NCBI GenBank assembly: GCA_964016885.1 | Contig: OZ024743.1 | Coordinates: 100,874,001 to 100,938,000 of the forward strand | Length of the DNA: 64,000 nt | Reading direction: 5' to 3' | DNA from: Eledone cirrhosa | Taxonomy: Eukaryota | Shown here: one piece after another, positions 43,350 to 59,570 of the stretch | Layout of the letters: each line of letters opens with the position of its first letter | How positions within the stretch are numbered: the first letter of the stretch is position 1 | The notes under the pieces: generated by a model | The model's database searches: none | What the model saw: the letters and a program-made list of their open reading frames with translations, nothing else | What the model was told of the DNA's origin: nothing | Translations under genes and position numbers: made by a program

Positions 43350-46300
43350 ATTCGTCACTCTTTCTATATATTCCTCACTCTTTCTATATATATTCCCCAC
43401 TCTTTCTATATATTCCTTACTCTTTCTATATATTCCTCACTCTTTCTATATATTCGCCACTCTTTGTATATATTCCCCACTCTTTCTATATATTCCTCAC
43501 TCTTTCTATATATTCCTCACTCTTTCTATAATATATTCCCCACTCTTTCTATATATTCCCCACTCTTTCTATATATTCCCCACTCTTTCTATATATTCCT
43601 CACTCTTTCTATATATTCCCCACTCTTTCTATATATTCCTCACTCTTTCTATATATTCCTCACTTTTTCTATATGTACCCCACTCTTTCTATAATATATT
43701 CCTCACTCTTTCTATATATTCTCCACTCCTTCTATATAGTCCCCACTCTTTCTATATATTCCCCACTCTTTCTATATATTCCCCACTCTTTCTATATCTT
43801 CCTCACTCTTTCTATATATTCCCCACTCCTTCCATATATTGCTCATTCTTTCTATATATTCCCCACTCTTTCTATAATATATTCCCCACTCTTTCTATAT
43901 ATTCCCCACTCTTTCTATATACCCCTCACTCTTTCTATATATTCCTCACCCTTTCTATATATTCCTCACTCTTTCTATATATTCCCCACTCTTTCTATAT
44001 ATCCCTCACACTTTCTATATATTCCCCACTCTTTCTATATATTCCTCACTCTTTGTATATATTTGTCACTCTTTCTATATATTCCCCACACTTTCTATAT
44101 ATTCCTCACTCTTTCTATATATTACTCACTCTTTCTACATATTCGCCACTCTTTGTATATATTCCCCACTCTTTCTATATATTCCTCACTCTTTCAAAAT
44201 ATATTCTTCACACTTTATATAATATATTCCCCACTCTTTCTATACATTCCCCACTCTTTCTATATATTCCTCACTCTTTCTATATATTCCTCACTCTTTC
44301 TATAATATATTCCCCACTCTTTCTATATATTCCCCACTCTTTCTATATATTCCCCACTCTTTCTATATATTCCTCACTCTTTCTATATATTCCCCACTCT
44401 TTCTATATATTCCTCACTCTTTCTATATATTCCTCACTTTTTCTATATGTACCCCACTCTTTCTATAATATATTCCTCACTCTTTCTATATATTCTCCAC
44501 TCCTTCTATATAGTCCCCACTCTTTCTATATATTCCCCACTCTTTCTATATATTCCCCACTCTTTCTATATCTTCCTCACTCTTTCTATATATTCCCCAC
44601 TCCTTCCATATATTGCTCATTCTTTCTATATATTCCCCACTCTTTCTATAATATATTCCCCACTCTTTCTATATATTCCCCACTCTTTCTATATACCCCT
44701 CACTCTTTCTATATATTCCTCACCCTTTCTATATATTCCTCACTCTTTCTATATATTCCCCACTCTTTCTATATATCCCTCACACTTTCTATATATTCCC
44801 CACTCTTTCTATATATTCCTCACTCTTTGTATATATTTGTCACTCTTTCTATATATTCCCCACACTTTCTATATATTCCTCACTCTTTCTATATATTACT
44901 CACTCTTTCTACATATTCGCCACTCTTTGTATATATTCCCCACTCTTTCTATATATTCCTCACTCTTTCAAAATATATTCCTCACACTTTATATAATATA
45001 TTCCCCACTCTTTCTATACATTCCCCACTCTTTCTATATATTCACCACTCTTTCTATATATTCCTCACTCTTTCTATATATTCCCCACTGTTTCTATATA
45101 TTCCTCACTCTTTCTATATATTCCCCACTCTTTCTATATATTCCCCACTCTTTCTATATATTCCCCACTCTTTCTATATATTCCCCACTCTTTCTATGAT
45201 ATGATCCCCACTCTTTCTATATATTCCCCACTCTTTCTATAGATCCCCACTCTTTCTATATATTCCTCACTCTTTCTATATATTCCCCACTCTTTCTATA
45301 TATACGTCACTCTTTCTATATATTCCCCACTCTTTCTATATATTCCCCACTCTTTCTATATATTCCTCACTCTTTCTATATATTCCCCACTCTTTCTATA
45401 TATTCCCCACTCTTTCTATATATTCCCTTCTCTTTCTAAATATTCCCCACTCTTTTTATATATTTCCCACTCTTTCTACATATTCCTCACTTTTCCTATA
45501 ATATATCCCTCACTCTTTCTATACATTCCCCACTCTTTCTATATATTCCTCATTCATTCTATATATTCGCCACTCTTTCTATATATTCCCCACTCTTTCT
45601 ATATATTCCCCACTCTTTCTATAATATGTTCCCCACTCTTTCTATATATTCCCCACTCTTTCTATATATTCTTCACTCGTTCTATATATTCCCTACTTTT
45701 TCTATATAATCCTCACTCTTTCTATAATATCTAACCTCACTCTTTTTATATATTCCCCATTCTTTCTATATATTCCCCATTCTTTCTATATATTCCGCAC
45801 TCTTTCTATATATTCCCCACTCTTTCTATATATTCCTCACTCTTTCTATAATATATTCCCCACTCTTTCTATATATTCCTCACTCTTTATATAATATCTA
45901 ACCTCACTCTTTCTATATATTCCCCACTCTTCGTATATATTCCCCAATCTTTCTATATATTCCCCACTCTTTCTATATATTACCCAATCTTTCTATATAT
46001 TCCTCACTCTTTCTATATATTCCTCATTCATTCTATATATTCCCCACTCTTTCTATATATTCCCCACTCTTTCTATATATTCCCCACTCTTTCTATATAT
46101 TCCTCACTCGTTCTATATATTCCCCACTCTTTCTATATAATCCTCACTCTTTCTATAATATCTAACCTCACACTTTCTATATATTCCCCGTTCTTCGTAT
46201 GTTTTCCCCACTCTTTCTATATATTACCCACTCTTTCTATATATTCCCCACTCTTTTTATATATTCCTCACTCTTTCTATATATTCCCCACTCTTTCTAT

Positions 46301-49300
46301 ATATTCCTCACTCTTTCTATACATTCCCCACTCTTTCTATAATATGTTCCCCATTCTTTCTATATATTCCCCACTCTTTCTATATATTCCCCACTCTTTC
46401 TATATATTCCTCACTCTTTCTATAATATATTCCCCACTCTTTCGATATATTCCTCACTCTTTCTATAATATCTAACCTCACTCTTTCTATATATTCCCCA
46501 CTCTTTCTAAATATTCCTCACTCTTTCTATATATTCCCCACACTTTCTATATATTCCAAACCCTTTCTATATATTAGCCACACTTTCTATAATGTATTTC
46601 TCACTCTTTCTATATATTCCCCACTCTTTCTATATATTCCTCACTCTTTCCATATATTCCCCACTCTTTCTATATATTCCCCAATCTTTCTATATATTCC
46701 CCACTCTTTCTATATATTCCTCACTCTTTCTATATATTCCCCACTCTTTCTATATATTCCCCACTCTTTTTATATATTCCCCACTCTTTCTATATATTCC
46801 CCACTCTTTCTATATATTCCTCACTCTTTCTATATATTCCTCATTCTTTCTATATACTCCTCACTCTTTCTATAATATCTTCCCCACTCTTTCTATATAT
46901 TCCTCACTCTTTCTATATATTCCCCACTCTTTCTATATATTCCCCACTCTTTCTATAATATGTTCCCCACTCTTTCTATATATTCCCAAATTTATCTATA
47001 CATTCCCCACTCTTTCTATATATTCCCCACTCTTTCTATATATTCCTCACTCTTTCTATATATTCCCCACTCTTTCTATATATAACTCACTCTTTTTATT
47101 TATTCCCAACTCTTTCTATATATTCCCCATTCTTTCTATATATTCCCCACTCTTTCTATAATATGTTCTCCACTCTTTCTATATATTCCCCACTCTTTCT
47201 ATATATTCCCACTCTTTCTATATATTCCCCACTCTTTCTATATATTCCTCACTCTTTCTATATATTCCCCACTCTTGCTATATATTCCCCACTCTTTCTA
47301 TATATTCCTCACTCTTTCTATATATTCCTCACTTTTTCTATATATTCCCAACTCTTTCTATAATATATTACACACTCTTTCTTTCTATATATTCCCCACA
47401 CATTCTATATATTCCCCACTCTTTCTATATATTCCTCACTCGTTCTATATATTCCCCACTCTTTCTATATATTCCTAACTCTTTTTATAATATCTAACCT
47501 CACTCTTTCTATATATTCCCCATTCTTCGTATATATTCCCCACTCTTTCTATTTATTACCCACTCTTTCTATATATTCCCCACTCTTTCTATATATTCCC
47601 CACTCTTTGTATATATTCCCCACTCTTTCTATATATTCCCCACTCTTTCTATATATTCCTCACTCTTTCTATATATATTCCCCACTCTTTCTATATATTC
47701 CTTACTCTTTCTATATATTCCTCACTCTTTCTATATATTCGCCACTCTTTGTATATATTCCCCACTCTTTCTATATATTCCTCACTCTTTCTATATATTC
47801 CTCACTCTTTCTATAATATATTCCCCACTCTTTCTATATATTCCCCACTCTTTCTATATATTCCCCACTCTTTCTATATATTCCTCACTCTTTCTATATA
47901 TTCCCCACTCTTTCTATATATTCCTCACTCTTTCTATATATTCCTCACTTTTTCTATATGTACCCCACTCTTTCTATAATATATTCCTCACTCTTTCTAT
48001 ATATTCTCCACTCCTTCTATATAGTCCCCACTCTTTCTATATATTCCCCACTCTTTCTATATATTCCCCACTCTTTCTATATCTTCCTCACTCTTTCTAT
48101 ATATTCCCCACTCCTTCCATATATTGCTCATTCTTTCTATATATTCCCCACTCTTTCTATAATATATTCCCCACTCTTTCTATATATTCCCTACTTTTTC
48201 TATATATTCCCCACTCTTACTATATATTCCCCACTCTTTCTATATATTCCCCACTCTTTCTATATCTTCCTCACTCTTTCTATATATTCCCCACTCCTTC
48301 CATATATTGCTCATTCTTTCTATATATTCCCCACTCTTTCTATAATATATTCCCCACTCTTTCTATATATTCCCCACTCTTTCTATATACCCCTCACTCT
48401 TTCTATATATTCCTCACCCTTTCTATATATTCCTCACTCTTTCTATATATTCCCCACTCTTTCTATATATCCCTCACACTTTCTATATATTCCCCACTCT
48501 TTCTATATATTCCTCACTCTTTGTATATATTTGTCACTCTTTCTATATATTCCCCACACTTTCTATATATTCCTCACTCTTTCTATATATTACTCACTCT
48601 TTCTACATATTCGCCACTCTTTGTATATATTCCCCACTCTTTCTATATATTCCTCACTCTTTCAAAATATATTCCTCACACTTTATATAATATATTCCCC
48701 ACTCTTTCTATACATTCCCCACTCTTTCTATATATTCCTCACTCTTTCTATATATTCCTCACTCTTTCTATAATATATTCCCCACTCTTTCTATATATTC
48801 CCCACTCTTTCTATATATTCCCCACTCTTTCTATATATTCCTCACTCTTTCTATATATTCCCCACTCTTTCTATATATTCCTCACTCTTTCTATATATTC
48901 CTCACTTTTTCTATATGTACCCCACTCTTTCTATAATATATTCCTCACTCTTTCTATATATTCTCCACTCCTTCTATATAGTCCCCACTCTTTCTATATA
49001 TTCCCCACTCTTTCTATATATTCCCCACTCTTTCTATATCTTCCTCACTCTTTCTATATATTCCCCACTCCTTCCATATATTGCTCATTCTTTCTATATA
49101 TTCCCCACTCTTTCTATAATATATTCCCCACTCTTTCTATATATTCCCCACTCTTTCTATATACCCCTCACTCTTTCTATATATTCCTCACCCTTTCTAT
49201 ATATTCCTCACTCTTTCTATATATTCCCCACTCTTTCTATATATCCCTCACACTTTCTATATATTCCCCACTCTTTCTATATATTCCTCACTCTTTGTAT

Positions 49301-52300
49301 ATATTTGTCACTCTTTCTATATATTCCCCACACTTTCTATATATTCCTCACTCTTTCTATATATTACTCACTCTTTCTACATATTCGCCACTCTTTGTAT
49401 ATATTCCCCACTCTTTCTATATATTCCTCACTCTTTCAAAATATATTCCTCACACTTTATATAATATATTCCCCACTCTTTCTATACATTCCCCACTCTT
49501 TCTATATATTCACCACTCTTTCTATATATTCCTCACTCTTTCTATATATTCCCCACTGTTTCTATATATTCCTCACTCTTTCTATATATTCCCCACTCTT
49601 TCTATATATTCCCCACTCTTTCTATATATTCCCCACTCTTTCTATATATTCCCCACTCTTTCTATGATATGATCCCCACTCTTTCTATATATTCCCCACT
49701 CTTTCTATAGATCCCCACTCTTTCTATATATTCCTCACTCTTTCTATATATTCCCCACTCTTTCTATATATACGTCACTCTTTCTATATATTCCCCACTC
49801 TTTCTATATATTCCCCACTCTTTCTATATATTCCCCACTCTTTCTATATATTCCTCACTCTTTCTATATATTCCCCACTCTTTCTATATATTCCCCACTC
49901 TTTCTATATATTCCCTTCTCTTTCTAAATATTCCCCACTCTTTTTATATATTTCCCACTCTTTCTACATATTCCTCACTTTTCCTATAATATATCCCTCA
50001 CTCTTTCTATACATTCCCCACTCTTTCTATATATTCCTCATTCATTCTATATATTCGCCACTCTTTCTATATATTCCCCACTCTTTCTATATATTCCCCA
50101 CTCTTTCTATAATATGTTCCCCACTCTTTCTATATATTCCCCACTCTTTCTATATATTCTTCACTCGTTCTATATATTCCCTACTTTTTCTATATAATCC
50201 TCACTCTTTCTATAATATCTAACCTCACTCTTTTTATATATTCCCCATTCTTTCTATATATTCCCCATTCTTTCTATATATTCCGCACTCTTTCTATATA
50301 TTCCCCACTCTTTCTATATATTCCTCACTCTTTCTATAATATATTCCCCACTCTTTCTATATATTCCTCACTCTTTATATAATATCTAACCTCACTCTTT
50401 CTATATATTCCCCACTCTTCGTATATATTCCCCAATCTTTCTATATATTCCCCATTCTTTCTATATATTACCCAATCTTTCTATATATTCCTCACTCTTT
50501 CTATATATTCCTCATTCATTCTATATATTCCCCACTCTTTCTATATATTCCCCACTCTTTCTATATATTCCCCACTCTTTCTATATATTCCTCACTCGTT
50601 CTATATATTCCCCACTCTTTCTATATAATCCTCACTCTTTCTATAATATCTAACCTCACACTTTCTATATATTCCCCGTTCTTCGTATGTTTTCCCCACT
50701 CTTTCTATATATTACCCACTCTTTCTATATATTCCCCACTCTTTTTATATATTCCTCACTCTTTCTATATATTCCCCACTCTTTCTATATATTCCTCACT
50801 CTTTCTATACATTCCCCACTCTTTCTATAATATGTTCCCCATTCTTTCTATATATTCCCCACTCTTTCTATATATTCCCCACTCTTTCTATATATTCCTC
50901 ACTCTTTCTATAATATATTCCCCACTCTTTCGATATATTCCTCACTCTTTCTATAATATCTAACCTCACTCTTTCTATATATTCCCCACTCTTTCTAAAT
51001 ATTCCTCACTCTTTCTATATATTCCCCACACTTTCTATATATTCCAAACACTTTCTATATATTAGCCACACTTTCTATAATGTATTTCTCACTCTTTCTA
51101 TATATTCCCCACTCTTTCTATATATTCCTCACTCTTTCCATATATTCCCCACTCTTTCTATATATTCCCCAATCTTTCTATATATTCCCCACTCTTTCTA
51201 TATATTCCTCACTCTTTCTATATATTCCCCACTCTTTCTATATATTCCCCACTCTTTTTATATATTCCCCACTCTTTCTATATATTCCCCACTCTTTCTA
51301 TATATTCCTCACTCTTTCTATATATTCCTCATTCTTTCTATATACTCCTCACTCTTTCTATAATATCTTCCCCACTCTTTCTATATATTCCTCACTCTTT
51401 CTATATATTCCCCACTCTTTCTATATATTCCCCACTCTTTCTATAATATGTTCCCCACTCTTTCTATATATTCCCAAATTTATCTATACATTCCCCACTC
51501 TTTCTATATATTCCCCACTCTTTCTATATATTCCTCACTCTTTCTATATATTCCCCACTCTTTCTATATATAACTCACTCTTTTTATTTATTCCCAACTC
51601 TTTCTATATATTCCCCATTCTTTCTATATATTCCCCACTCTTTCTATAATATGTTCTCCACTCTTTCTATATATTCCCCACTCTTTCTATATATTCCCAC
51701 TCTTTCTATATATTCCCCACTCTTTCTATATATTCCTCACTCTTTCTATATATTCCCCACTCTTGCTATATATTCCCCACTCTTTCTATATATTCCTCAC
51801 TCTTTCTATATATTCCTCACTTTTTCTATATATTCCCAACTCTTTCTATAATATATTACACACTCTTTCTTTCTATATATTCCCCACACATTCTATATAT
51901 TCCCCACTCTTTCTATATATTCCTCACTCGTTCTATATATTCCCCACTCTTTCTATATATTCCTAACTCTTTTTATAATATCTAACCTCACTCTTTCTAT
52001 ATATTCCCCATTCTTCGTATATATTCCCCACTCTTTCTATTTATTACCCACTCTTTCTATATATTCCCCACTCTTTCTATATATTCCCCACTCTTTGTAT
52101 ATATTCCCCACTCTTTCTATATATTCCCCACTCTTTCTATATATTCCTCACTCTTTCTATATATATTCCCCACTCTTTCTATATATTCCTTACTCTTTCT
52201 ATATATTCCTCACTCTTTCTATATATTCGCCACTCTTTGTATATATTCCCCACTCTTTCTATATATTCCTCACTCTTTCTATATATTCCTCACTCTTTCT

Positions 52301-55300
52301 ATAATATATTCCCCACTCTTTCTATATATTCCCCACTCTTTCTATATATTCCCCACTCTTTCTATATATTCCTCACTCTTTCTATATATTCCCCACTCTT
52401 TCTATATATTCCTCACTCTTTCTATATATTCCTCACTTTTTCTATATGTACCCCACTCTTTCTATAATATATTCCTCACTCTTTCTATATATTCTCCACT
52501 CCTTCTATATAGTCCCCACTCTTTCTATATATTCCCCACTCTTTCTATATATTCCCCACTCTTTCTATATCTTCCTCACTCTTTCTATATATTCCCCACT
52601 ACTTCCATATATTGCTCATTCTTTCTATATATTCCCCACTCTTTCTATAATATATTCCCCACTCTTTCTATATATTCCCTACTTTTTCTATATATTCCCC
52701 ACTCTTACTATATATTCCCCACTTTTTCTATATATTCCCCACTCTTTCTATATATTCCCCACTCTTTCTATATATTCCTCACTCTTTCTATATATTCCTC
52801 ACTTTTTCTATATATTCCCCACTCTTTCTATAATATATTCCCCACTCTTTCTATATATTCCCCACTCTTTCTATATACCCCTCACTCTTTCTATATATTC
52901 CTCACCCTTTCTATATATTCCTCACTCTTTCTATATATTCCCCACTCTTTCTATATATCCCTCACACTTTCTATATATTCCCCACTCTTTCTATATATTC
53001 CTCACTCTTTGTATATATTTGTCACTCTTTCTATATATTCCCCACACTTTCTATATATTCCTCACTCTTTCTATATATTACTCACTCTTTCTATATATTC
53101 GCCACTCTTTGTATATATTCCCCACTCTTTCTATATATTCCTCACTCTTTCAAAATATATTCCTCACACTTTCTATAATATATTCCCCACTCTTTCTATA
53201 CATTCCCCACTCTTTCTATATATTCACCACTCTTTCTATATATTCCTCACTCTTTCTATATATTCCCCACTGTTTCTATATATTCCTCACTCTTTCTATA
53301 TATTCCCCACTCTTTCTATATATTCCCCACTCTTTCTATATATTCCCCACTCTTTCTATATATTCCCCACTCTTTCTATGATATGATCCCCACTCTTTCT
53401 ATATATTCCCCACTCTTTCTATAGATCCCCACTCTTTCTATATATTCCTCACTCTTTCTATATATTCCCCACTCTTTCTATATATACGTCACTCTTTCTA
53501 TATATTCCCCACTCTTTCTATATATTCCCCACTCTTTCTATATATTCCCCACTCTTTCTATATATTCCTCACTCTTTCTATATATTCCCCACTCTTTCTA
53601 TATATTCCCCACTCTTTCTATATATTCCCTTCTCTTTCTAAATATTCCCCACTCTTTTTATATATTTCCCACTCTTTCTACATATTCCTCACTTTTCCTA
53701 TAATATATCCCTCACTCTTTCTATACATTCCCCACTCTTTCTATATATTCCTCATTCATTCTATATATTCGCCACTCTTTCTATATATTCCCCACTCTTT
53801 CTATATATTCCCCACTCTTTCTATAATATGTTCCCCACTCTTTCTATATATTCCCCACTCTTTCTATATATTCTTCACTCGTTCTATATATTCCCTACTT
53901 TTTCTATATAATCCTCACTCTTTCTATAATATCTAACCTCACTCTTTTTATATATTCCCCATTCTTTCTATATATTCCCCATTCTTTCTATATATTCCGC
54001 ACTCTTTCTATATATTCCCCACTCTTTCTATATATTCCTCACTCTTTCTATAATATATTCCCCACTCTTTCTATATATTCCTCACTCTTTATATAATATC
54101 TAACCTCACTCTTTCTATATATTCCCCACTCTTCGTATATATTCCCCAATCTTTCTATATATTCCCCACTCTTTCTATATATTACCCAATCTTTCTATAT
54201 ATTCCTCACTCTTTCTATATATTCCTCATTCATTCTATATATTCCCCACTCTTTCTATATATTCCCCACTCTTTCTATATATTCCCCACTCTTTCTATAT
54301 ATTCCTCACTCGTTCTATATATTCCCCACTGTTTCTATATAATCCTCACTCTTTCTATAATATCTAACCTCACACTTTCTATATATTCCCCGTTCTTCGT
54401 ATGTTTTCCCCACTCTTTCTATATATTACCCACTCTTTCTATATATTCCCCACTCTTTTTATATATTCCTCACTCTTTCTATATATTCCCCACTCTTTCT
54501 ATATATTCCTCACTCTTTCTATACATTCCCCACTCTTTCTATAATATATTCCCCATTCTTTCTATATATTCCCCACTCTTTCTATATATTCCCCACTCTT
54601 TCTATATATTCCTCACTCTTTCTATAATATATTCCCCACTCTTTCGATATATTCCTCACTCTTTCTATAATATCTAACCTCACTCTTTCTATATATTCCC
54701 CACTCTTTCTAAATATTCCTCACTCTTTCTATATATTCCCCACACTTTCTATATATTCCAAACACTTTCTATATATTAGCCACACTTTCTATAATGTATT
54801 TCTCACTCTTTCTATATATTCCCCACTCTTTCTATATTTCCCCACTCTTTCTATATATTCCTCACTCTTTCCATATATTCCCCACTCTTTCTATATATTC
54901 CCCAATCTTTCTATATATTCCCCACTCTTTCTATATATTCCTCACTCTTTCTATATATTCCCCACTCTTTCTATATATTCCCCACTCTTTTTATATATTC
55001 CCCACTCTTTCTATATATTCCCCACTCTTTCTATATATTCCTCACTCTTTCTATATATTCCTCATTCTTTCTATATACTCCTCACTCTTTCTATAATATC
55101 TTCCCCACTCTTTCTATATATTCCTCACTCTTTCTATATATTCCCCACTCTTTCTATATATTCCCAAATTTATCTATACATTCCCCACTCTTTCTATATA
55201 TTCCCCACTCTTTCTATATATTCCTCACTCTTTCTATATATTCCCCACTCTTTCTATATATAACTCACTCTTTTTATTTATTCCCAACTCTTTCTATATA

Positions 55301-55480
55301 TTCCCCATTCTTTCTATATATTCCCCACTCTTTCTATAATATGTTCTCCACTCTTTCTATATATTCCCCACTCTTTCTATATATTCCCACTCTTTCTATA
55401 TATTCCCCACTCTTTCTATATATTCCTCACTCTTTCTATATATTCCCCACTCTTGCTATATATTCCCCACTCTTTCTATA
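43350..55480. repeat. Higher-order repeat, ~3 copies (periods 4468/4488 and 3714 bp) with a nested 774-bp duplication
   Basis: The marker tatgatatgatcccc occurs at ~45195, 49663 and 53377. The marker ttcaaaatat occurs at ~44193, 44967, 48661, 49435 and 53149. Confidence 0.88.
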
Positions 55481-58400
55481 TATTCTCCACATTTTCTATA
55501 TATTCCTCACTCTTTCTATAATATATTCCCCAATCTTTCTATATATTCCTCACTCTTTCTATAATATATTCCCCAATCTTTCTATATATTCCCCACACAT
55601 TCTATATATTCCCCACTCTTTCTATATATTCCTCAATTTTGCTATAATATATTCCCCACTCTTTCTATATATTCCCCACTCTTTCTATATATTCCTCACT
55701 CTTTCTATATATTCTTCACTCTTTCTATATATTCCCCACTCTTTCTATATATTCCTCACTCTTTCTATATATTCCTCACTTTTTCTATATATTCCCAACT
55801 CTTTCTATAATATATTACACACTCTTTCTTTCTATATATTCCCCACACATTCTATATATTCCCCACTCTTTCTATATATTCCTCACTCGTTCTATATATT
55901 CCCCACTCTTTCTATATATTCCTAACTCTTTTTATAATATCTAACCTCACTCTTTCTATATATTCCCCATTCTTCGTATATATTCCCCACTCTTTCTATT
56001 TATTACCCACTCTTTCTATATATTCCCCACTCTTTCTATATATTCCCCACTCTTTGTATATATTCCCCACTCTTTCTATATATTCCCCACTCTTTCTATA
56101 TATTCCTCACTCTTTCTATAATATCTAACCTCACTCTTTCTATATGTTCCCCACTCTTCGTATATATTCGCCAATGTTTCTATATATTCCCCACTCTTTC
56201 TATATATTCCTCACTCTTTCTAGAATATCTTCCCCACACTTTCTGTATGTTCCCCACTCTTTCTATATATTCCTCACTCTTTATATATATTCCCCACTCT
56301 TTCTATATTTTCCCCACTTTCTCTATAATATGTTCCCCACTCTCTCTGTATATTCCCCACTCTTTCTATACATTCCCCACTCTTTCTATATATTCTGCAC
56401 TCTTTCTATGTATTCCTCACTCTTTCTATATATTACCCACTCTTTATATATATTCCTCACTGTTTCTATATATTCCCAACTCTTTCTATATATTCCCCAT
56501 TCTTTCTATATATTCCCCACTCTTTCTATATATTCCCCACTCTTTCTATATATTCCCTACTCTTTCTATATATTCCTCACTCTTTCTATAATATCTAACC
56601 TCACTCTTTCTATATATTCCCCACTCTTCGTATATATTCCCCAATGTTTCTATATATTCCCCACTCTTTCTATATATTCCCCACTCTTTCTATATATTCC
56701 TCACTTTTTCTATAAGATCTAACCTCACTCTTTCTATTTATTCCCCACTCTTCGTATATATTCCCCAATGTTTCTATATATTCCCCACTCTTTCTATATA
56801 TCCCTCACTCTTTCTAGAATATCTTCCCCACACTTTCTGTATATTCCCCACTCTTTCTATATTTTCCCCACTGTTTCTATAATATGTTCCCCACTCTTTC
56901 TATATATTCCCCACTCTTTCTATACATTCCCCACTCTTTCTATATATTCTGCACTCTTTCTATATATTCCCCACTCTTTCTATATATTCGCAAATTCTTT
57001 CTATATATTCCCCACTCTTTCTATATATTCCCCACTCTTTCTAGATTTTCCCCACTCTACATATATATTCCCCACCCTTTCTATATATTCCCCACTCTTT
57101 CTATATATTCCCCACTCTTTCTATATATTCCCCACTCTTTCTATATACCCCTCACTCTTTCTATATATTCCTCACCCTTTCTATATATTCCTCACTCTTT
57201 CTATATATTCCCCACTCTTTCTATATGTTCCCCACTCTTTCTATATATTCGTCACTCTTTCTATATATTCGTCATTCTTTCTATATATTCCTCACTCTTT
57301 CTATATATATTCCCCACTCTTTCTATATATTCCTCACTCTTTCTATAATATATTCCCCACTCTTTCGATATATTCCTCACTCTTTCTATAATATCTAACC
57401 TCACTCTTTCTATATATTCCCCACTCTTTCTAAATATTCCTCACTCTTTCTATATATTCCCCACACTTTCTATATATTCCAAACACTTTCTATATATTAG
57501 CCACACTTTCTATAATGTATTTCTCACTCTTTCTATATATTCCCCACTCTTTCTATATTTCCCCACTCTTTCTATATATTCCTCACTCTTTCCATATATT
57601 CCCCACTCTTTCTATATATTCCCCAATCTTTCTATATATTCCCCACTCTTTCTATATATTCCTCACTCTTTCTATATATTCCCCACTCTTTCTATATATT
57701 CCCCACTCTTTTTATATATTCCCCACTCTTTCTATATATTCCCTACTCTTTCTATATATTCCTCACTCTTTCTATATATTCCTCATTCTTTCTATATACT
57801 CCTCACTCTTTCTATAATATCTTCCCCACTCTTTCTATATATTCCTCACTCTTTCTATATATTCCCCACTCTTTCTATATATTCCCCACTCTTTCTATAT
57901 ATTCCTCACTCTTTCTATATATTCCCCACTCTTGCTATATATTCCCCACTCTTTCTATATATTCTCCACATTTTCTATATATTCCTCACTCTTTCTATAA
58001 TATATTCCCCAATCTTTCTATATATTCCTCACTCTTTCTATAATATATTCCCCAATCTTTCTATATATTCCCCACACATTCTATATATTCCCCACTCTTT
58101 CTATATATTCCTCAATTTTGCTATAATATATTCCCCACTCTTTCTATATATTCCCCACTCTTTCTATATATTCCTCACTCTTTCTATATATTCTTCACTC
58201 TTTCTATATATTCCCCACTCTTTCTATATATTCCTCACTCTTTCTATATATTCCTCACTTTTTCTATATATTCCCAACTCTTTCTATAATATATTACACA
58301 CTCTTTCTTTCTATATATTCCCCACACATTCTATATATTCCCCACTCTTTCTATATATTCCTCACTCGTTCTATATATTCCCCACTCTTTCTATATATTC

Positions 58401-59570
58401 CTAACTCTTTTTATAATATCTAACCTCACTCTTTCTATATATTCCCCATTCTTCGTATATATTCCCCACTCTTTCTATTTATTACCCACTCTTTCTATAT
58501 ATTCCCCACTCTTTCTATATATTCCCCACTCTTTGTATATATTCCCCACTCTTTCTATATATTCCCCACTCTTTCTATATATTCCTCACTCTTTCTATAA
58601 TATCTAACCTCACTCTTTCTATATGTTCCCCACTCTTCGTATATATTCGCCAATGTTTCTATATATTCCCCACTCTTTCTATATATTCCTCACTCTTTCT
58701 AGAATATCTTCCCCACACTTTCTGTATGTTCCCCACTCTTTCTATATATTCCTCACTCTTTATATATATTCCCCACTCTTTCTATATTTTCCCCACTTTC
58801 TCTATAATATGTTCCCCACTCTCTCTGTATATTCCCCACTCTTTCTATATATTCTGCACTCTTTCTATATATTCCTCACTCTTTCTATATATTCCTCACT
58901 TTTTCTATATATATTCCCCACTCTTTCTATATATTCCTCACCCTTTCTATATATTCCTCACTCTTTCTATATATTCCCCACTCTTTCTATATGTTCCCCA
59001 CTCTTTCTATATATTCGTCACTCTTTCTATATATTCGTCATTCTTTCTATATATTCCTCACTCTTTCTATATATATTCCCCACTCTTTCTATATATTCCT
59101 CACTCTTTCTATAATATCTAACCTCACTCTTTCTATATGTTCCCCACTCTTCGTATATATTCGCCAATGTTTCTATATATTCCCCACTCTTTCTATATAT
59201 TCCTCACTCTTTCTAGAATATCTTCCCCACACTTTCTGTATGTTCCCCACTCTTTCTATATATTCCTCACTCTTTATATATATTCCCCACTCTTTCTATA
59301 TTTTCCCCACTTTCTCTATAATATGTTCCCCACTCTCTCTGTATATTCCCCACTCTTTCTATATATTCTGCACTCTTTCTATATATTCCTCACTCTTTCT
59401 ATATATTCCTCACTTTTTCTATATATATTCCCCACTCTTTCTATATATTCCTCACCCTTTCTATATATTCCTCACTCTTTCTATATATTCCCCACTCTTT
59501 CTATATGTTCCCCACTCTTTCTATATATTCGTCACTCTTTCTATATATTCGTCATTCTTTCTATATATTC
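54620..59570. repeat. Higher-order repeat, 2 copies of ~2.5-2.7 kb followed by a 514-bp tandem duplication
   Basis: Offsets 54794/57515 (2721), 56144/58623 (2479), and 58623/59137 and 58991/59505 (514). Confidence 0.8.
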
